Source of the DNA: a bacterium
Lineage (GTDB): Bacteria; Fidelibacterota; Marinisomatia; Marinisomatales; UBA1611
Direction of reading: 5' to 3'
NCBI GenBank assembly: GCA_038127595.1
Contig: JAYPIC010000032.1
Location: 1-19,326, forward strand
Length of the DNA: 19,326 nt
Shown: positions 15,971 through 19,326 of the stretch, piece after piece
Numbering within the stretch: the first letter of the stretch is position 1
Layout of the letters: every line of letters starts with the position of its first letter
Position numbers and translations under genes: made by a program
Notes under the pieces: model-generated
Database searches by the model: none
What the model was told of the DNA's origin: nothing
The model's input: only the letters and a program-made list of their open reading frames with translations

Positions 15971-17434
15971 TTATTTAGCGTACTTGCTTACAATAAACCC
16001 AGCAAGCATAGCAATTATAATTGATGGTAGAAGAACATCAAGTTTCTCAATATATGGGCCAACTAGTGTGATTTTAGGGACGATAAATTTAAATATAGGC
16101 ACACATATAAATCCTGAAATCATAGAATAAATAGCTCCTTTTTCAGTCAACTTATCCCAAAAAATAGTTAGGATTATAACTGGGCAAAATGTAGCAGCTA
16201 TTCCTGACCAACCAAAAATAACAAACCAAAATATTGTCCTCGTAGGTGAAATAAGTGATACGCTAACCGCTACAATTAAAGAAATAATTGCAAGCGTTAA
16301 AGTAATCTGTTTTGAGAGTTTAATTAAAAAGTCAGGGTTTGCTTTTGGGTTAAGAATTTGTTGATAGAAGTCTCTAGTTACAGCGCTCGATGCTACAACT
16401 AATAATGAGTCAACTGTAGACATTACAGCAGACAATACAGCAGCAATATATATTCCCACAATAATTGTTGGCATTATTTCAATAAGAAGAATGTAAAGTA
16501 CATTTTCGCCAGATATCCCCAATATAGATTCAGGGTTCTGGCCCTGGGTTGTAAACATTAATCTACCAATTATGCCAATTAATACAGCTGATGAACTTGT
16601 AAGTAGGGTATACAGTACAGCAACTAGTTTACCTTTTTTTATTTCCTCTGTATTTTTGATTGCAATGAATCTTACGTAAACCTGAGGTGACCCAAGGAAA
16701 CCTATTCCAATAGATATGAGTCCAATTACAGATAATAGGTTCATGATATTAAATCCGCCATCTCCCCAAATATTTATAAGTGCAGGACTGATACTTTCTA
16801 AGCTATCAATTATGTTAATATCTACTGGAATTTTAAAATAAGCAATAACTGGGAGTAAAAGGAGAGCAAAAAACATAAGTGACCCTTGAAAAAGATCTGA
16901 CCATGCAACAGCAAGAAACCCTCCAGAAAATATATATGCAATAACAATACCAAAACCAATTAATATACCATTGTAGTAATTATAGCCTAGAAAAGATTCA
17001 AATGTTTTTCCAGTTATGTCTATCTGAGCGCTTACATAAATGACTACGAAAACTGATAATGCTGTTGCACCAATTATTCTTATCGTATTGTTTTTTGAAT
17101 TGAAATGACTGTGTAAAAAATCTGGAACTGTAATTGAATTATATTTATCAGTAAGTGTTTTGAATTTTTCAGCCATAAAATGCCATGATAAAAAAACGCC
17201 TAGTACTTCACCTATCACAATCCAAAATGCACTTACTCCCATTACAGCCCCCATACCTGTAACGCCCAACAATAACCAGCCAGATTCTCCAGTAGATCTA
17301 GCAGAGAGAGCAGCAATCCAGTAATTAAGTTTTTTGCCGCCGACGTAGTAGTCGCTGATATTGTGGATTTTCCTAGATGCTAGAAAACCAACACCAATTA
17401 AAAGTGAAAAATATAACGCTAAAATTATTTCCAT
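15971..17434 (-). CDS. putP: Sodium:solute symporter, PutP-like sodium/proline symporter
   Basis: 'DYYVGGK', 'ALSARSTGESGWLLLG', 'GGFLAVAWSD', 'GFLGSPQVYVRF', 'SAVMSTVDS', 'GWSGIAATFCP'. Substrate not proven. Confidence 0.8.
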   Translation of the reverse strand: MEIILALYFSLLIGVGFLASRKIHNISDYYVGGKKLNYWIAALSARSTGESGWLLLGVTGMGAVMGVSAFWIVIGEVLGVFLSWHFMAEKFKTLTDKYNSITVPDFLHSHFNSKNNTIRIIGATALSVFVVIYVSAQIDITGKTFESFLGYNYYNGILIGFGIVIAYIFSGGFLAVAWSDLFQGSLMFFALLLLPVIAYFKIPVDINIIDSLESISPALINIWGDGGFNIMNLLSVIGLISIGIGFLGSPQVYVRFIAIKNTEEIKKGKLVAVLYTLLTSSSAVLIGIIGRLMFTTQGQNPESILGISGENVLYILLIEIMPTIIVGIYIAAVLSAVMSTVDSLLVVASSAVTRDFYQQILNPKANPDFLIKLSKQITLTLAIISLIVAVSVSLISPTRTIFWFVIFGWSGIAATFCPVIILTIFWDKLTEKGAIYSMISGFICVPIFKFIVPKITLVGPYIEKLDVLLPSIIIAMLAGFIVSKYAK

Positions 17435-17569
17435 TAATTATTTGGCAACAAATGAGGTAGAAAGAGTATTTTTGTATTCGAAATTCATATATTAATTGAA
17501 CTAGTGTAAGAATTTTTTATGTCATTTAATTTTGATATAATCAATTTAGCCAGAAATTTTATTATCAAA

Positions 17570-18772
17570 TTGAAAAAATTATTAAAAAGCACCCTAACAG
17601 TAATTGTATTTACCTCTTTTTTTATGGCAGAATTAAGTGCCTGTAAAATATGGGCAACAATGTTAAAAAGTGGAAATTCATTTAGCTCCCTAGCTCAAGA
17701 GGAACAAGAGCTAATACAATTTCAGATGAGTGCATATTATGATCAAAGCCAGTATAATGCAAATGGTTGGTCCATCATTCAGTATGAGAAGCAGCCTAAT
17801 GTAATTGAAAATAACATTTATAGATCAGCATATCCTGCAGTTCAAGATTCAGCGAATTATTGGCAGATAATGAACTCAGTTTTAAATGACTCTTTGCACA
17901 ACATAGCTGTTGCTCATTTGAGGGCAGCAACCTCAGGAGCTAGTTCAATTCAAAATCCTCACCCCTGGATTTTTGAAAGTGATAGCGTCTATTCGTTCGT
18001 TCATAATGGAGGTGCTTCCAAAGATGTTCTTTATAACCTAATAACTGAATATGGAACTGATGAGAGTTGGTTAATTCAAAATCCTCCCCAAACTTACGGC
18101 AATGGTGATTGGCAAGATGAGGGGTGGAACTCAGTGGTTGATTCTGAGCTAATTATGTTACTAATAATGAAAGAGATTAATGCATATAGCAGCGTCATTG
18201 AGGGCCTTCAGTCTGCTCTCAGTAAAATGTTAAGCACTGGTATTTATCCTTCTATGTTAAATTTTGTTTTTTCTGATTCGAACTCATTATATGTCTATGG
18301 TGGTAATAGTGGATTAAAGATTATGGAATCAAATAGCTATTTTTCAATAATGAGTAGTCCACCTTCTAATCAGCAGTTATATGCTTGGGAACCTATAAAT
18401 TCGAATGAGCTTACTATAATCAAAGAAAATAGTATCACCAGACACCAAACTTTTGCGAGCACTTCGATAGAACAACCAGATGTCATTCTACCTGAATCTG
18501 CTAAGTTGCACTCTCCTTATCCAAACCCATTTAATGGAAAATTATCAATACCGTTTGATGTAAATATATCCCAGTTACCAAATATTTCAATTTATAACAT
18601 AAAAGGTAAGAGGGTATTTACTAAAAATTTATCTAGAAATGATATTAGTAGAGGAAAGATTTATTGGAATGTGAATGATAATCAAACACTGAACCCTTCC
18701 AGTGGTATTTATATTGTAAAATTACATTCGAAAACTAATTCAGAGTCATCAAAGATAATGTTTATAAAATAA
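17570..18772 (+). CDS. Secreted class II glutamine amidotransferase-fold (Ntn hydrolase, EgtC/YafJ-like) protein with a T9SS type A-like C-terminal domain
   Basis: Likely TTG start 17570 (MKKLLKSTLTVIVFTSFFMAELSA|CKIW; the track starts at 17519). Motifs 'NANGWS', 'AHLRAATSG', 'NPHPW', 'FVHNG', 'DSE', 'LNFVFSD'; tail 'PYPNPFN...IYNIKG...SGIYIVKL...KIMFIK'. Confidence 0.82.
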   Translation: MKKLLKSTLTVIVFTSFFMAELSACKIWATMLKSGNSFSSLAQEEQELIQFQMSAYYDQSQYNANGWSIIQYEKQPNVIENNIYRSAYPAVQDSANYWQIMNSVLNDSLHNIAVAHLRAATSGASSIQNPHPWIFESDSVYSFVHNGGASKDVLYNLITEYGTDESWLIQNPPQTYGNGDWQDEGWNSVVDSELIMLLIMKEINAYSSVIEGLQSALSKMLSTGIYPSMLNFVFSDSNSLYVYGGNSGLKIMESNSYFSIMSSPPSNQQLYAWEPINSNELTIIKENSITRHQTFASTSIEQPDVILPESAKLHSPYPNPFNGKLSIPFDVNISQLPNISIYNIKGKRVFTKNLSRNDISRGKIYWNVNDNQTLNPSSGIYIVKLHSKTNSESSKIMFIK

Positions 18773-18835
18773 ACTTTTTTTTTGTAATATCGCCGGCACT
18801 GCTTGAATGTCATATAAAAAATAGGAGCTTTAATC

Positions 18836-19326
18836 TTGCCAAAAACAAAAAAAGAAAAAGTTGATCCAAAAGAATTAGAAAAAGAATTAGAAGCTATCTC
18901 CAAAGAGGAAGGTGGCCTCGATGTTAAAGAAGATTCTAAAAATAAAAAAGAAGACAAAGATAAACCTAAATCGAAAAAAGCCAGTAAAGTAGCTAGTGGT
19001 AGTATTAGTATGTACTTAGCTGAGATTGGCCAGTATAACCCGCTTCCTCCTGATAGAGAAGTAGAGCTAGCTATCCGAATTCAAAATAATGATGAAGCGG
19101 CAATGAAAGAACTCGTTGAAGCTAATTTGCGTTTTGTTGTTTCTGTAGCAAAAAAATATCAGGGTAATGGTTTATCATTAGCAGATATTATCAATGAAGG
19201 TAATTTGGGTTTAATTAAAGCAGCTAAACGTTTTGATCATACTCGCGGATTTAAATTTATATCATATGCTGTATGGTGGATCCGTCAATCTATACTCCAA
19301 GCATTAGCTGAGCAGTCTAGATTAAT
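18836..19326 (+). CDS. rpoD: RNA polymerase sigma-70 factor, RpoD/SigA-like, FCB type (partial, runs off window)
   Basis: Manual translation from TTG 18836 (AGGAG at 18823-18827): MPKTKKEK...MYLAEIG...[70 protein letters not shown] (regions 1.2-2.4). Not in the ORF track. Confidence 0.9.
   Translation, partial: MPKTKKEKVDPKELEKELEAISKEEGGLDVKEDSKNKKEDKDKPKSKKASKVASGSISMYLAEIGQYNPLPPDREVELAIRIQNNDEAAMKELVEANLRFVVSVAKKYQGNGLSLADIINEGNLGLIKAAKRFDHTRGFKFISYAVWWIRQSILQALAEQSRL

Noticed and set aside
18793..18810. CCGGCACTGCTTGAATG upstream of the sigma gene as a sigma-54 promoter
   Set aside because: The GG to TTG spacing is too short for the strict GG-N10-GC -24/-12 geometry.
1654..18957. Short ORF-track entries lying over real genes (1654..1839, 2335..2631, 2776..3000, 3641..3826, 4095..4328, 5014..5208, 5018..5200, 5280..5468, 5979..6167, 7800..8000, 9473..9691, 9534..9719, 13118..13405, 14240..14431, 14940..15131, 18709..18957)
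   Set aside because: Antisense or alternate-frame shadows of well-supported CDSs, with no recognisable motifs.

Overview
AT-rich, gene-dense bacterial chromosome segment, probably from a streamlined FCB-group genome such as Marinimicrobia/SAR406. That assignment is an inference from the FCB-type primary sigma factor, two proteins with 'YPNPFN...G[IV]Y...K' secretion tails and a Bacteroidota-type AMP nucleosidase. In order it encodes: the start of a probable TonB-dependent receptor (partial), a divergent TetR regulator with two palindromic operators, an acidic repeat lipoprotein, an unannotated 44-aa Cys-rich peptide, AMP nucleosidase, a SAM methyltransferase, HtpG, a secreted M14 carboxypeptidase, an alpha/beta esterase, an ABC exporter, a quinone oxidoreductase, a Nudix hydrolase, six membrane proteins (TauE, YggT, bestrophin-like, Na/Pi, AI-2E, PutP-like), a secreted class II glutamine-amidotransferase-fold protein and the start of a sigma-70 factor. 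No RNA genes, CRISPR arrays or mobile elements were seen. The strongest leads are: (1) a metallothionein-like ORF missed by the ORF track (2188..2322, 16 Cys in 44 aa) directly behind the acidic lipoprotein; (2) a secreted Ntn hydrolase whose catalytic Cys lies exactly at the predicted signal-peptide cleavage site; (3) an M14 peptidase with an altered substrate-binding motif and a cysteine-switch-like N-terminus.
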